From positions 46,853,262 to 46,917,261 of the forward strand of contig NC_057718.1 of assembly GCF_004010195.1 (NCBI RefSeq): a stretch of DNA of 64,000 bases, given 5' to 3'. This document shows positions 1-12,398 of the stretch, piece after piece. Below the pieces are notes generated by a model. It was not told the origin of the DNA. It did no database searches and was given only the letters and a program-made list of their open reading frames with translations. This DNA is from Chiloscyllium plagiosum (lineage: Eukaryota). Position numbers and translations under genes: made by a program. Within the stretch, counting starts at the first letter, position 1, and every line of letters begins with the position of its first letter.

Positions 1-501
1 GCTGTAATACTATCTTTGACAAGCAATGCCACACCTCCCCCTCTTTTACCCCCACCTCTGACCCTACTAAAACATTTAAACCCTGGAACCTGCAACAGCC
101 AATCCTGTCCCTGTTCTACCCATGTCTCCGTAATAGCCACAACATCGAAGTCCCAGGTACCAACCCACGCTGCAAGTTCACCTACCTTATTTCGTATACT
201 TCTTGCATTGAAGTATACACACTTCAAGCCACTTTCCTGTTTACAGGCACCCTCCTTTGAGATTGATGCCATGTTCCTAACCTCCCTACACTCCAGGTCC
301 TGCACCCTAAAGCTACAGTCTAGGTTCCCATGCCCCTGCAGAGTTAGTTTAAACCCCCCCCCCCAAGAGCACTAGCAAACCTCCCGCCAAGGATACTGGT
401 GCCCCTCAGGTTCAGGTGTTGGCCATCCTGTCTATAGAGGTCCCACCTTCCCCAAAAAGAACCCCAGTTATCCAAATACCGGAATCCCTCCCTCCTGCAC
501 C
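1..501 (-). mobile_element. CR1 LINE fragment (ORF1 3' end and start of ORF2 endonuclease)
   Basis: Closely similar to 30250-31090 of the long CR1 copy (WCRREGF; KCVYFNARSIRNK..ELAAWVGTWDFDVVA). Confidence 0.85.
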
Positions 502-1685
502 ATGATCTATATTAACTTCAATAAGGTGTTTGACAAGGTTTCTCATGGTAGGCTGCTTAGCAAGGCTAGATCACATGGAATACAGGAAGAACTAGCCATT
601 CAGACAAGGAACTGGTTTGAAGGTAGGAGACAGAGGGTGGTGATGGAGGATTGCTTTTCAGACTGGAGGCCTGTGACCAGCAGTGTGCCACAAGGATCGG
701 TGCTGGGTCCACTGCTTTTCGTCATATATAAATGATTTGGATGGAAACATAGACATATAGTTAGTAAGTTTGCAGATGACACCAAAATTGAAGGTGTAGT
801 GGACAGTCAAGAAGGTTACCTTCGACTTCAAACGGGATCTTGATTAGATGGGCTAATGGGCTGAGGAGCGGCAGATAGAGTTTAATTTAGGTAAATGTGA
901 GGTGCTGCATTTTGGAAAGGCTAATCAGGGCAGAACTTATACACTTGATGGTAAGGTCCTGGAGACTGTTGCTGAACAAACAGACCTTGCAGGTGCATAG
1001 TTCCTTGAAAGGACAGTCGCAGGTACATAGAATAGAACAGAAGGCGTTTTGTAATGCTTGCTTTATTGGTCAGTGCATTGAGTATAGGAGTTGGGAGGTC
1101 ATATTGTGGCTGTACAGGACACTGGTTAGGCCATTTTGGGAATACTGCATTCAATTCTGATCTCCCTGGTATTGGAAGGATGGTGTGAAACTGGAAATGT
1201 TTCAGAAAATATTTACAACCATGCTTGGAGGGTTTGAGTTATAGGGAGAGGCTGAATAGGCTAGGGGGGTATCTTCTCTGGATTATCAGAGGCTGGGGTG
1301 TGACATTATGGGGATTTATAAAATCATGAGAGGCATGGATAGGTTGAACAGACAAGATCTTTTTCCCAGGTTGGGAGAGTCCAAAACTAGAGGGCATAGG
1401 TTAAGGGTGAGGGGGAGTGAATTTAAAAGGGACCCAAGAGGAAACTTTATCACACAGAGGGTGATGCATATATGGAATGTGCTGCCAGAGGAAGTGGTGA
1501 AGGCTGGTACAATTACAACATCTAAAAGGCATTTGGATGAGTATATGAATAAGAAGGGTTTAGAGGGATGTTTAGAGGAAGTGCTGGCAAATGGGACTAA
1601 ATTAATTTAGGATATCTGGTTGGCATGGATAGGTTGGACTGAAGGGTCTGTTTCCATGCTGTACAGCTCTTTGGCTCTATGACAC
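502..1685 (+). mobile_element. CR1 LINE 3' fragment (RT and 3' tail)
   Basis: FNKVFDKVSH, VPQGSVLGPLLFVIY, KFADDTK, LVRP..EYCIQF, TRGH..; decayed by stops and frameshifts. Confidence 0.92.
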
Positions 1686-3078
1686 TGTACTAATTAATAT
1701 CTTGCAAGATGGTGGACAGATATTTGGGCAGACAAGAGTAAAGTTGAGTTATTCACAATGAATTCCCAAACTCCAAAGCTGATATTCAAGTCAGTATTTA
1801 TAGGTCAATGGTAATCCTAAGGAACTTAATGTTGGGTGACTCAACAATGCCATGGGACAATATTTGGATTCTCACTTTTTGGACATACTACATTGTCACT
1901 TAAATCAGCCCAAACCTGAATGTTGTTTATGTCTTTAGATTAGAGTCCAAATAACTTGTATGTCAACACAAATATAGGAGACAATGCTAAACTCATGACT
2001 GCATCAATTAATAAATTATCTAGTGACAATGAGAAAAGTAGGCCTTTAAACCAAAAACTCCTGAAAAGCCAAAACGTACCGTTTATGAAATTATCAAGAA
2101 GAGCCCTCAATAAGTATCATAACTTTGACCCTGGCATAGCATCAGTTTCCAAAAAGCAATATGAACAACCAAATTGTACACAACTGTCTGACAAAGCCAC
2201 ATCATAGGTTTCAGTAAGATGCAGTATCTGTTTTCAGTGTTTATTGTGAAGAGACATATAGACTCCAATGCAAAGGTGTTTGGCTAAGCATAAGAAACAG
2301 CTCAATCTTATTGTGACTATGGGCTGGATGACAATGCCCCGCTGAGTACGCTTTCAGTAGGTGGGCCATAATATAGACTGAGTGGCTGGCCTATCACCTT
2401 CACACCTACCTCTGAGGTCATCCCCATAATCCCTAGAATTAGCAACCCACCCATCACATGTAAATAAAGGATCGGCTGAGTTTGCTCATGTGGGCAGCTG
2501 AGCAGGGGAAGTCAGTGTTTCAGAGAAGTTTAGTTAATTGAGGGTAAAAGGGAAGATACTACCTTTATGGGTGTACTTGGAAAACTCCTGCTGTAGACAG
2601 TACCCCACTTCCTTTCCACACATCGGTTATGAAAAACTGATACCCTAATCCATGCCACCCCATTCCCTAAGCTTTACGAAGCTTCCCCAACCCAATAGTC
2701 TGGACTTGCTTCACTCCAGGATCCATTTATGTTGTTGTATTTGTGGGCCTGCAATAATCAGCAGCACCCACTACTGAGCAGAAGACTTTGCTGGAACAGT
2801 CAGCCAATACTTGCACTATATGAACTAGAGTGCTTCAGTAAAGGACTTACCATAACATAGGCTTGATAGTAGCTCCTGAGCATAGGATCTCTTCCCAGTG
2901 AGAGGTGCAATTCCCACATTTAGGCAGTTTAGTCTACAGAACCAGAAAGGGCACAATGAAAATCCTTTCCACTGTAACAAATATAAAATCATCATTTTGG
3001 AATTCAGAAATTTGTTTTAAATAAAACAGATGGGTTTCAGTTTTGGAAAGGTAACTTTTTTTATTTAAAAGGTCAATA

Positions 3079-3979
3079 TCATATATACTTGCATAAAAGT
3101 CAATGTAAAGGTTGACCCTTTATTTCTTGTATTTTCCATTTATCTCATGTAAAAGTTGACCCAACTATATCGCATTATAAACCTCTTACAAAGGAAACTG
3201 TATATTTCCATTAACCCACTTGAAACAAAATTGCATTCTTTCATTCATACCGGTAACTCAACTCATCGCTCTTTCTTTACTATATTGCATCTCTATTCAT
3301 TTATTCATAACTCTACTTAGCCCACTTGGTTTACTACAGCACGTCTTGGTTCATTCATTCAGACCAGCACTAAGTCTTTCGGTACTTATTGCACTTTGTT
3401 CACTATACATCCAAAAGTTAATATCATTAAAAAGTTAATCATTTTAATTGTGCCATTATATCGGAATAAAAGTGAGATATATTAGCTACATATATCTTTA
3501 ATTCTTTGACTAATTTGTTAATGTTGCTGAGATTCATTACAAACTAGAGTAAATGGGTGGGAAATGGAAGAACTTGGCAGGAAAGTTCAAAATGCTTATA
3601 CATTCAGAATTTAATAAGTGTTTCATTTTAAGTATGCCATTATACCAGGCCATGACGATGGTGTGTTTTTGCAGGATTTCAATGAATCTTTGACATGTTA
3701 AATGTTCGTACCGGTATGTATAAATAAAAGTTCCTACAAGTAATTTATTCTTGTTTCTCTTGCTTTTATCCAGTAATTACCTTTACCGTAATTCATTGTG
3801 TTTTTCGTCTTTATTCGGGACTAGTTGAGCAGTCAAATCGACTTCTGCCAATAATACGGTATTTTGAACTGCAACATGAATTTCAGCCCCTCAAAACTAG
3901 TGCCCGTGCAATAGTTGATCTTATAAATTGAACCTTTAAAAATAGTCTAAAATAATCGAATTTACACGAGTATATACGG
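3079..3979. mobile_element. Non-autonomous Tc1/mariner (pogo/Tigger-like) DNA element
   Basis: Imperfect terminal inverted repeats TA|tcatatatacttgcataaaagtc ... gaatttacacgagtatatacgg|TA; TA flanks; AT-rich non-coding interior. Confidence 0.6.
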
Positions 3980-4792
3980 TAAGTCATTTGAAAAAGTGAC
4001 CTAAATACATTATTTCTGAGAAAGCATGTAACTTAATAAGTATCTAGCCAGATACCTGTGGGGTTAATTGATTAAGTGATTCAATTGATGGCTTATGACA
4101 TGCAGAAAAACAAATGTTTTGGGGTTTCTGGTAAATTAGTTTGAGTTTAGTTCAGCAGAACCTGGTTTCTGTTTCATGCTAACAGATGAACAGTTTCAGC
4201 TTATTTCACCCTTCTTCAACTTTTTTAACTAAACCTGTTCAGGTTCTCAGCACAGAGAAGAAATTGTAAAACTGTTTGGAGTTTTCCTGCTGACAGAGTC
4301 AGTTAAGTAAGAAATGAAAGAGTGAAGATAGGAGTATATTTCTCTGGGACTGAGTACATGAGGAAGATATTGCTGGAGAAAAGAGTGGATCTAAGTTTTT
4401 GATGATTATGTTAAGATCTCTTCAAATTGACTTACATAGCTTTGATTTTTTATTCCTTGGATGAAGTGAACTTCAGTATTTGTGTTAGAAGAACCTTGCT
4501 CAGTAGCTAACCTGGGAAAAGTAAAGTTGCCATAGTCCTACCAAACCATAGGGCTTCCCTCCCATTAGAGAGAGGTGGCTGGTGACGGTTTATCCTGAGG
4601 ATCAGCACACCTCAGGTGAGGGGAAAGGTTGGGAAGGAAAGTCTTTCATGGTAACCTCAGTTTGTGTGGCAATTGAACTCTTGATGTTGACATTACTCTG
4701 TATGTGACTAACCACCATGTTAATGAACTGCAAATATTGAACTTATGATCTATCAAACCAGGTTTCACTTTGGGATTGGATGTGTCCAGAAA

Positions 4793-4895
4793 GTCTCATC
4801 TTGGCGTGGAGGTCTCATCTTGACGTGGAGGTCTCATCTTGACGTGGAGGTCTCATCTTGACGTGGAGGTCTCATGTTGGCGTGGAGGTCTCATC
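4793..4895. repeat. 19-bp minisatellite, about 5.4 copies
   Basis: Unit GTCTCATCTTGACGTGGAG repeated head-to-tail with few substitutions. Confidence 0.95.
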
Positions 4896-6509
4896 CTTAT
4901 TTCAGAGGTGGCTCCTGGGTCTTCCAACGGCCCAGTGTGGAGATCTAGTCCCAGCGTTGCATTCTTGACCCAGCCCTGTGTGGCGGTTTCCAGTGTACTC
5001 CAAACCCAGGAGCAGTTATTCAAACTGTGATGAACTTCTATGTTTTTTGCTTCTTATTTATGGCTTCAGTCATTAATCGAAGTGCCATGGAATGATAACT
5101 TATTAAACATTTTACTATTGTTTTTGGAAAATAAATTGCTATTCTATTCTTTGCTAACCTATTCTATTCTGTCAGTGGGATCAGTGCAACAAAAAGGAGT
5201 GTTACAGTTTGGTATGAACACCACGGTGGAGTTAAATCTGAATCTATATCGACCTCAATGCTCAAAAGAATGTTGAAAATAGGGAGAGGACAAATAGGGT
5301 TAGGGGGCAATGGTGGGACTGACTGGATTCTTTTCAAAAGAACTGATATAAACTTGATGGATCAAATGGCCTCCTTCTATGCTGTACTACCAACATGCAT
5401 GCTGAAGGTGCTCAACAGAAGCTACTGAGGGTTAAAACTGGAGACTGGAGTTTAAGGGATAAACAGGGGAAGCTCCAGGCTCACTTCCTCTCATTGACCC
5501 AGTTGCTCAGTGCTGGACATGTCTTTACATTAGCTGTCCAAGCAATTTTCCACTGGTCACATTCCTGGTAGTTTGTCTATCAAAGGGAGAGCCACACAAC
5601 TGTCAGTTTGAACCCGGAGGCCAGAGGCCAAACAGCATTTCAACAATGTTAGCCCTCATCGGAGGCTGAAGCTTATTTTGCTGCACTCTCATCAACATTG
5701 TACATGTCTGGATCTAAGTTAAATGGTGGTTTTGCTACTTCAAGTGGATGAATTATAATTTCCACAATACACCAGTGGCTCCTGATCTTGTCACTCTGAT
5801 GTGCTAAAACACCAGAAGGCAGCTCAAGTGCAACGATCTTCAACTGAGTTTAACACGAACAGGGAGGGAAGTGTTAGCAATAATAAGTTATGGCACACAA
5901 TGCGTGACAATCACCATTTGCTACATTCCCCTCACTATAAAACAGGTGAGCACTGGGATAGGCAGGTAGGCGACACCCATGCCCCTCACAGGCACTTTTT
6001 AAAGCTACAAGCATCCAAACAAATAAAAATAAGCACAGGGACAGTGGAGACGGAGGTGACATTTACTTTGGGCTTTGGAACATAACAGAACTTCTGTGTA
6101 GAGTGTGAAATGAATTGCCAATTCACTAATGCCTGCTTGTTTGTCACATCTCAAACTCAATTTCATTGTCAACAGTGCCTTGCTGCATTCTGGGATGTTA
6201 ATAAACAATGAAACGAACAACAATACTGAATAATCCAACAAATGTGAAAAGGTTCTGGTGATGTTTCTGAACTTGTTTTTAAAGTTAGCTATATGTTTGT
6301 CAAGTTGTTTGAATAAAGTTTCAACTTTGCAACTCCTGCACCCCAACTCTGCCCCCACCATCCCAGAATGGAAACATGCTCAGACTGGGGATTACTTAGG
6401 TGTAATCATCTGGAAGACAGAACAACTCAACTCTGTTCTGTTTCCAACACCTCTCCTTCAGTCTTTCCTACTGATTCATTACAGTTGCTTCATTACAATT
6501 CTTAGTGTT

Positions 6510-7060
6510 GAACACCAAAGAGCAAAGAAAATTTACAGCCCAGGAACTGGCCCTTCGGTCCTCCAAGCCTGCCGATCCAAATCTATTGTCTAAACCTGTC
6601 GGTCAATTCCTGAGCATTTGTATCCCTCTGCTCCCCACCTACACATACATCTGTCCAAACGCATCTTAAATTAATCTACCGTGCCTGCCTCTACCATCTT
6701 TGCTGGCAACGCGTTCCAAATGCCCACCACTCTCTATGTGAAGTACTTGCCGCGTGTATCCCCCTTAAAGTTTCCACCTCTCACCTTGAAAGCATGACCT
6801 CTCGTTATTGAATCCTTCATCCTGGGGGAAAGCTTGTCTCTATCCACCCTGTCTATACCCTTCATGATTTTGTAAACCTCAATCGGGTCCCCCCTCAATC
6901 ACCTTTTTTCTAGTGAAAATAAACCTAACCTGCTCAGCCTCTCTCCATAGCTAGCACCTTCCATACCAGGCAACATCCTCGTAAACCTTCTCTGCACCCT
7001 CTCCAAAGCATCCACATCCTTTTGGTAATGTGACGACCACAACTGTACACAGTATTCTGT
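6510..7060 (-). mobile_element. CR1 LINE 3' fragment
   Basis: Reverse complement of the CR1 RT C-terminus and tail (WSSHYQKDVDALERVQRRFTRMLPG, GDPIEVYKIM). Confidence 0.85.
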
Positions 7061-7412
7061 ACCAGTAGGCCCTTAGTGTCTTGAACCTGTTCAGCCATTC
7101 ACTTGGTTCATAACTGATCTGCTATGACTCCATAACTCTCAATAACTTTAATCAAATCTAAATTAATCAATCTCTCAAATTTTCAAGTGACCTTGACCTG
7201 ATTTTTGACTAAGCTAGGCTTGGATTGTCATCAACAACAGGACAATATATGAAAAACAGGTTTGTATTCATATAATTCTGATTCAATCTATTTTATTTTT
7301 ACCCAGGACAAATCAACAGTAATCATTGTATATATTCTCCAAACGTTTTGCCATGCCTAAAATTACACTGAAATGTGACTAGATTTCCTAGCAGTGCAAA
7401 ATTGTTACTTAC

Positions 7413-7469
7413 CAACTCAAAGGTCTGATTTTCTTAATCTCAAAGAACTGGGTTCCAGTGTGATTGTAT
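7413..7469 (-). CDS. VASH2: Vasohibin third coding exon (57 nt), absent from the ORF track
   Basis: Reverse complement reads AAAG|A TAC AAT CAC ACT GGA ACC CAG TTC TTT GAG ATT AAG AAA ATC AGA CCT TTG AGT TG|GTAAGT = (Q)YNHTGTQFFEIKKIRPLS, the conserved vasohibin motif. Phase is consistent with the previous exon. Later exons were not found in the window. Confidence 0.96.
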
Positions 7470-8251
7470 CTTTCATTCATTAAGCTAAGGAAATGTCTTA
7501 GACGGAGACTACCTTCAGTAGCTTCCCACCATCCCATGGCCTCTCTTACAAATTACATTACAGTCTTTAGCAAATATTAAGTCAATCAGAATTTCAAACA
7601 AAAAGGATACTGCAGAATAACAAAAAAATTGAAACAGCAGTATAAGAGTTTCCTGGGATCATGATTGGCAGAACAGGAATGTAAAGAAAAGTTAGCCAAG
7701 ATTGTGAAAAATCTGTCATGGTCTGCTCAGCATTTTAAAAACTGCTTCCTGTGAAAACAAATATGCAGTTACAATCCGAAAATTAAAATACAGCCTGGTA
7801 TTGAACCTGTAGCTTTAAGTCGCAAGCATTGGCATTTAAATCTTTCAGCTCACTTTACAAAGAGGTTTGTTGTTGCTGAATACTGATGAACAAGATCCTT
7901 GGTAACGGCGGCTTAAACTGGGAAGGAGGAAATGATCAAACTTAATACAACCCAGCTTGCCTATCGGCCCCAACAAAACTAGTTATTCACAAAACTTCTT
8001 GTTCTCTTTGTGCTCTGTACTGAAGGAAATTGTACAAAAGGATTGTTTTTGTGAGATCATGGAGAGAGGAAGAAAGGACATTGGTAATTGACAAACCAGT
8101 GAAATTGAAATTTTGAATAAAATCTAAATTAATTTGAAAGAGGACATGAAATGAGCAAATAATCAGCAGAAACTTGCAAAGAACACAAAGCACACCACAT
8201 TATATTCCTTTAAACGCATAGTTAAATTTATTAACAAGCTAGTGTGTAAGT

Positions 8252-8408
8252 TGTAAATCACACACCAGGTTATAGTCCAACAGGTTTATTTGGAAACGCA
8301 AGCCGCTCATTCAACAGCTAGTGTTTCCAAATAAACCTGCTGGACTATAACCGGGTGTTGTGTGATTTTTAACTTTCTACACCACAGTCCAACACTGGCA
8401 TCTCCAAA
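8252..8408. mobile_element. Short fold-back insertion, probably Penelope-derived
   Basis: Inverted arms aaatcacac..ccaggttatagtccaacaggtttatttggaa / ttccaaataaacctgctggactataacc..gtgtgattt; 13-bp TSD CTAGTGTGTAAGT at 8239-8251 and 8409-8421. Confidence 0.8.
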
Positions 8409-8619
8409 CTAGTGTGTAAGTAACCTTCTTATTTATTAAAGTTGCCAGTAAATAATGTACATTAAATCTACCCAACACTGAAGGCATAGTAACTCAATCA
8501 CAAGTTAGAATATAAATACCAGAAGTTTACAGAGTTGCTGGTTATCAACACCAATGATCCTTTCAATGATATTCTACGCTTAAAATCTAATAATAATATA
8601 AACTTTATAATTAATAATT

Positions 8620-9055
8620 AACAACTTGTATTTATTTGGCACTGTTAACATAATGAAACATCCCAATGTCACAAAGGCATTGTAAGACAAAATATGATAC
8701 TGGGTCACATAAATAGATATTAGGTCAGCTTACCAAAAGATTAGTGAATGAGGTGAGTTTTATGGAGCATTTTAAAAAGGAGAGGGAATTACAGAGAAAC
8801 AGAAAGATGTAGCAAGGAAATTTCAGAGCTTGTGTCCAAGGCATTTGGAAACATGGTTACCAATGGGGAAGCAATTGCGATTGAGGATGTATACCAGACT
8901 AGAATTAGAGGGGATCACAGGCATCTTGTGAGGTTGGTGGGGGTGGTGCCGAGAGGGGGAGGGAGGGGCAAGGCATGTAGGGACCTGAAAACAAGGATGC
9001 TCCCGATTGGGAGTCAATGTAAATCAGTGAGCACAGGTGTAATAGGTGAATGAGA
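8620..9055 (-). mobile_element. Old L2-like LINE 3' fragment
   Basis: Resembles the reverse complement of 38800-39130, and the segments at 33310-33520 and 35280-35490. Confidence 0.5.
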
Positions 9056-9420
9056 CAAGGCTCAAATCACACAGATAAAGCAGATGCTTTTAATTACATA
9101 GATTTGTGGAACAGTTATTACAGAATTCAACAATTTCATTATTCATGACGTGCAATGACATGAAAAGAAGTTTGAGAGATATTCAATTTTAGTAATTAGT
9201 GATTGAAAGTACCCTAACTTAAAAGGCCAGTGGTATAGACAAAGACAGTGATCATAATTAGGTTGGAATAAAGTTATTAAATAATGACTGGACCATGCAG
9301 TTATAGTTAGAGACCTGCATAAAATCTAACCCCCAGAAAAGCCTTGTGTATGGACGCCACAAATTATATTTATTTACTGACACTAATGAGATTTTTAAAA
9401 GTTTAAAGTAGAAAGGATAC

Positions 9421-9509
9421 TGCAGCAGCTTCATGTAGCCTTGTATTGTGCGCAGCCATTCTGGAATTGACATGGATGGCTTGTATTTTGGCAGTGATGG
9501 AACTGGAGG
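9421..9509 (-). CDS. VASH2: Vasohibin second coding exon (89 nt)
   Basis: Acceptor TTCATTCAG| at 9510; encodes PPVPSLPKYKPSMSIPEWLRTIQGYMKLL(Q), cf. VASH2 PSIPQVPNYRLSMTIPDWLQAIQNYMKTLQ; ends in phase 2 at CA|GTATCCTTTC. Confidence 0.95.
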
Positions 9510-10299
9510 CTGAATGAACACAAAGGACATAATGTTATAATGGAGATACACATCTTGATATTACGTGCAATCCCCGCACCAGAATATCTGGCCATCAATG
9601 ACTTATTATGAAATACATTTCTACATACTAATTGATAGGAATCATGAAGTACAAAACAATGCTGCCAAAGTGTAAAAACAGAAATCCAATGAAAGAAGCA
9701 AGCAAATTAAGATCCTGCAATGCTAGAAATCTGAAATAAAAACAGAAAATGTTGGAAATAGCTGTGCAGCAGTATCTGCAAACAAGGAAACACATAACAT
9801 TTCAAGTTGATCATTCATTGCTGGAACAAGAGATTACAGAGATATAGCAGGTTTTTAGCAAACACAGGCAGATGAAGGAGCCTATAAACCAAAGGACAAT
9901 CTATGGTTCTTATAAAGTAGGTTGCAAATCAATATGGTACAAATAGATTTACTACCACCAATGCTCCTTGCTAATGTTAGGCTACTGATACCAAGTAACA
10001 AAGGATGTCCAAGTGACATCTTTGGCAGAGGATAGGCTCTATCTTGATGAACAGTAAATGTTTATAGCATAATACTTACAAACTAGTTCCATTATAGTTG
10101 GAGATACATGACTGTTTCACATCATGCTCAACCTTAGGAGTAAGCTAAAGTAATAATGTGAGCTGTGCTGTTAAGCACAAAAAATAGTCATTGACACACT
10201 ATACACACATGAAGAGCAGGTTAGCTCATTACAAGAAAAGTCCTTGTATCCCAATGGACAGAGAATATCTTGTGATATCAGTTAACATTTTCACATACT

Positions 10300-12160
10300 A
10301 ACTGCTTCATATATCTCCAAAGTATTTTTTCGGTTATTAGATTCTTCACATAATTGTTTGAAATCATGAAAGGAGGTTTATCACTATCCTGAACTCACTT
10401 CTACCACCAAGTCTTTTGAGTTTATAAATGACTGACAAGTCTGTTGGATTGAAACTCTTATTATTTGAAGAAATATTCAGGTCCCATACATTGCCACAAT
10501 GCAATCTAGGTAGAGTTTTGATTTCCCTCAATTATCCTTGCTGATGACATTTTCTGGAATTGATGCTGCTCTTGAATATTTGTATCTGTTGGAGGAACTA
10601 TATTTTCCCTCAAATTAGGCCAGAGAATATGGTTGTGTATCTAAAAGAATGAACTTTCCCCATCTGACACGGTTATAAGGTATACCTCACTTATGATCTG
10701 TTCATTCCTGTTTGTACATTTTTGGTTGACATTAAACTTGATAAAGTGACAATCATAGAGTAAAGCCAACCTGCTGTTTTGATGTTGCTTCTTCAAAAAC
10801 AGTTGAATTCACCCTATTCAGGGTTTACCACTGTGCCCTGGTTGACATATTGTCAAGGTATTCCATGATCAGATCTTGCAAGTTAGAAGGCAACTGAATA
10901 ATTGTTCCAAACCTGTGAAATATCAGTAATATTGTCTGATCTGTCAAATCATAGAGTTGTCAAATACCAAATGTAATTAATCTTGAGTGGCTTTTTTTCC
11001 TCACAGTCTCAACAAACATTCTTCTGGGATCTGTGAAGTCTTTACGTTGAGTGACGGGGTACATTTATCATTGTTGTTTGGCTTCCTACCTGGTTGAGGT
11101 TTTTCAGTGTACTATACAATTTTAAGAGTGAACCATGTATTTCTGCCCAGAATGGAGAAATGCTGGTTTCTGCATAAGTGCACCTGTACCACATAGCATT
11201 TGTCCCTGAATTCCTTCAAGTCATATTCTACCCCCTCTATGCAAATTTCTCTCAGACAGTTACAGATTCATTCTACTGAACTATGGAATTTTCTCAGAGA
11301 AAGTAGAATCACTTGTCCCAGTGTCAAGTTTGAAAGTGGTTGGATAACAGATAACCAGTACGATCAGGATCATATCTGGTTCACACGGAGCATGTATCAC
11401 TCTTCAGAAAGGTTGATTCATATCTAATGAAGGTACGTCCTGGTATTATGGGTTTTGTTTCAAAGATGTTTACTGCGAAATGTTAATCCCTGTGTCTCTG
11501 TTTTCTTTTTAATTCTACATCTGGAAGAGTAACTTCTAGAGTCAAAGGATTTAAAGTTATTTTGTGTTGGTCTATCATATGATGTTTTGCTGTTTTGGTA
11601 CTTTAGTAAGTTGACAAGGTCTGATGAGCTTTGAACTAGGTTAGCTTGCTGCTACCATTGTTTCTTTGATTGGTGTTTGAATTTAGACCTTTAGCACTGC
11701 CTGGATAGCTCTTACCAATGTGAAATATTCTTTTGATTATAACATTTGAAAGTGAGATGAATCAGAAATTCTAACAATAACTCTGTATTGAATTAGTTCA
11801 GGTTGCAGATAACAAAAGCCTGGCAATGTACTGATTATTATTATTCGTTATCAAAGATTCTCCTGATCATCTTACTCTCTCCATTATACAACTGGCACTT
11901 GATATAAAGTAATTGTCAAATGCTCTTACAAAATTATCAAAAAGGCATCTGTCACTTTTACATTATTTAAACCATCATCTGCAAACAGCCCTTGAGCATA
12001 AAGAAATGTATTCACTTGTACTTCTGGGAATTTTTAGCGTAATCCTGAAGCAATTTTACATTGCATGAATTGTATCATCTGTATAATCCAATCCAACTCT
12101 CTGTCTGAAGGATTTGGGGATTTTAAAAATGTATGGAGGTGTAATATCTTTCTCTTTTCT
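10300..12160 (-). mobile_element. Highly decayed Gypsy-like LTR retrotransposon internal region (gag, protease, integrase C-terminus)
   Basis: Minus-strand remnants: KIASGLR*KFPEVQVNTFLYAQG and PELIQYRVIVRISD..FTLVRAIQ (gag); FKLDTG at ~11320 (protease); LPRLHCGNVW at ~10500 (integrase tail-like). Confidence 0.65.
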
Positions 12161-12398
12161 CACCATATTTAACCGTTGTTGCTAGACTTCAGTGTATCAC
12201 TTCAGAATTGTGGCTGGGATTTTTCAACTTTTTTGTGGTTTTTACTGTTCAGTGTTTTAAAATCATTCAATCACTTCAATTGAATTAAATGTGTCTTCTA
12301 CAGCACATTTTCTAGAAGTTGTAATTGTTTCTTCATGAAATAAAGATGAATTGCTAATCAAATCATTTTTCATAACAGCTTTGTTGTTAATATTTGTA

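Larger units (their letters stand above)
7470..9420 (-). other. U12-type (minor spliceosome) GT-AG intron
   Basis: Donor GTATCCTTTC (9420-9411); branch-point-like TTTCCTTAGC ~14 nt before the AG; purine-rich acceptor (TAATGAATGAAAG) with no polypyrimidine tract. Confidence 0.9.

Noticed and set aside
4793..4895. Possible CRISPR-like array
   Set aside because: Units are contiguous with no spacers, the context is eukaryotic, and no cas genes are present.
1..7400. Search for the next VASH exon (LMETAKEM..LPIKCLEAVILG)
   Set aside because: No matching sequence found by eye; it presumably lies left of the window.
9258..9551. 97-aa ORF as a standalone gene
   Set aside because: Only 9421-9509 is exonic; the flanks are intron read-through.
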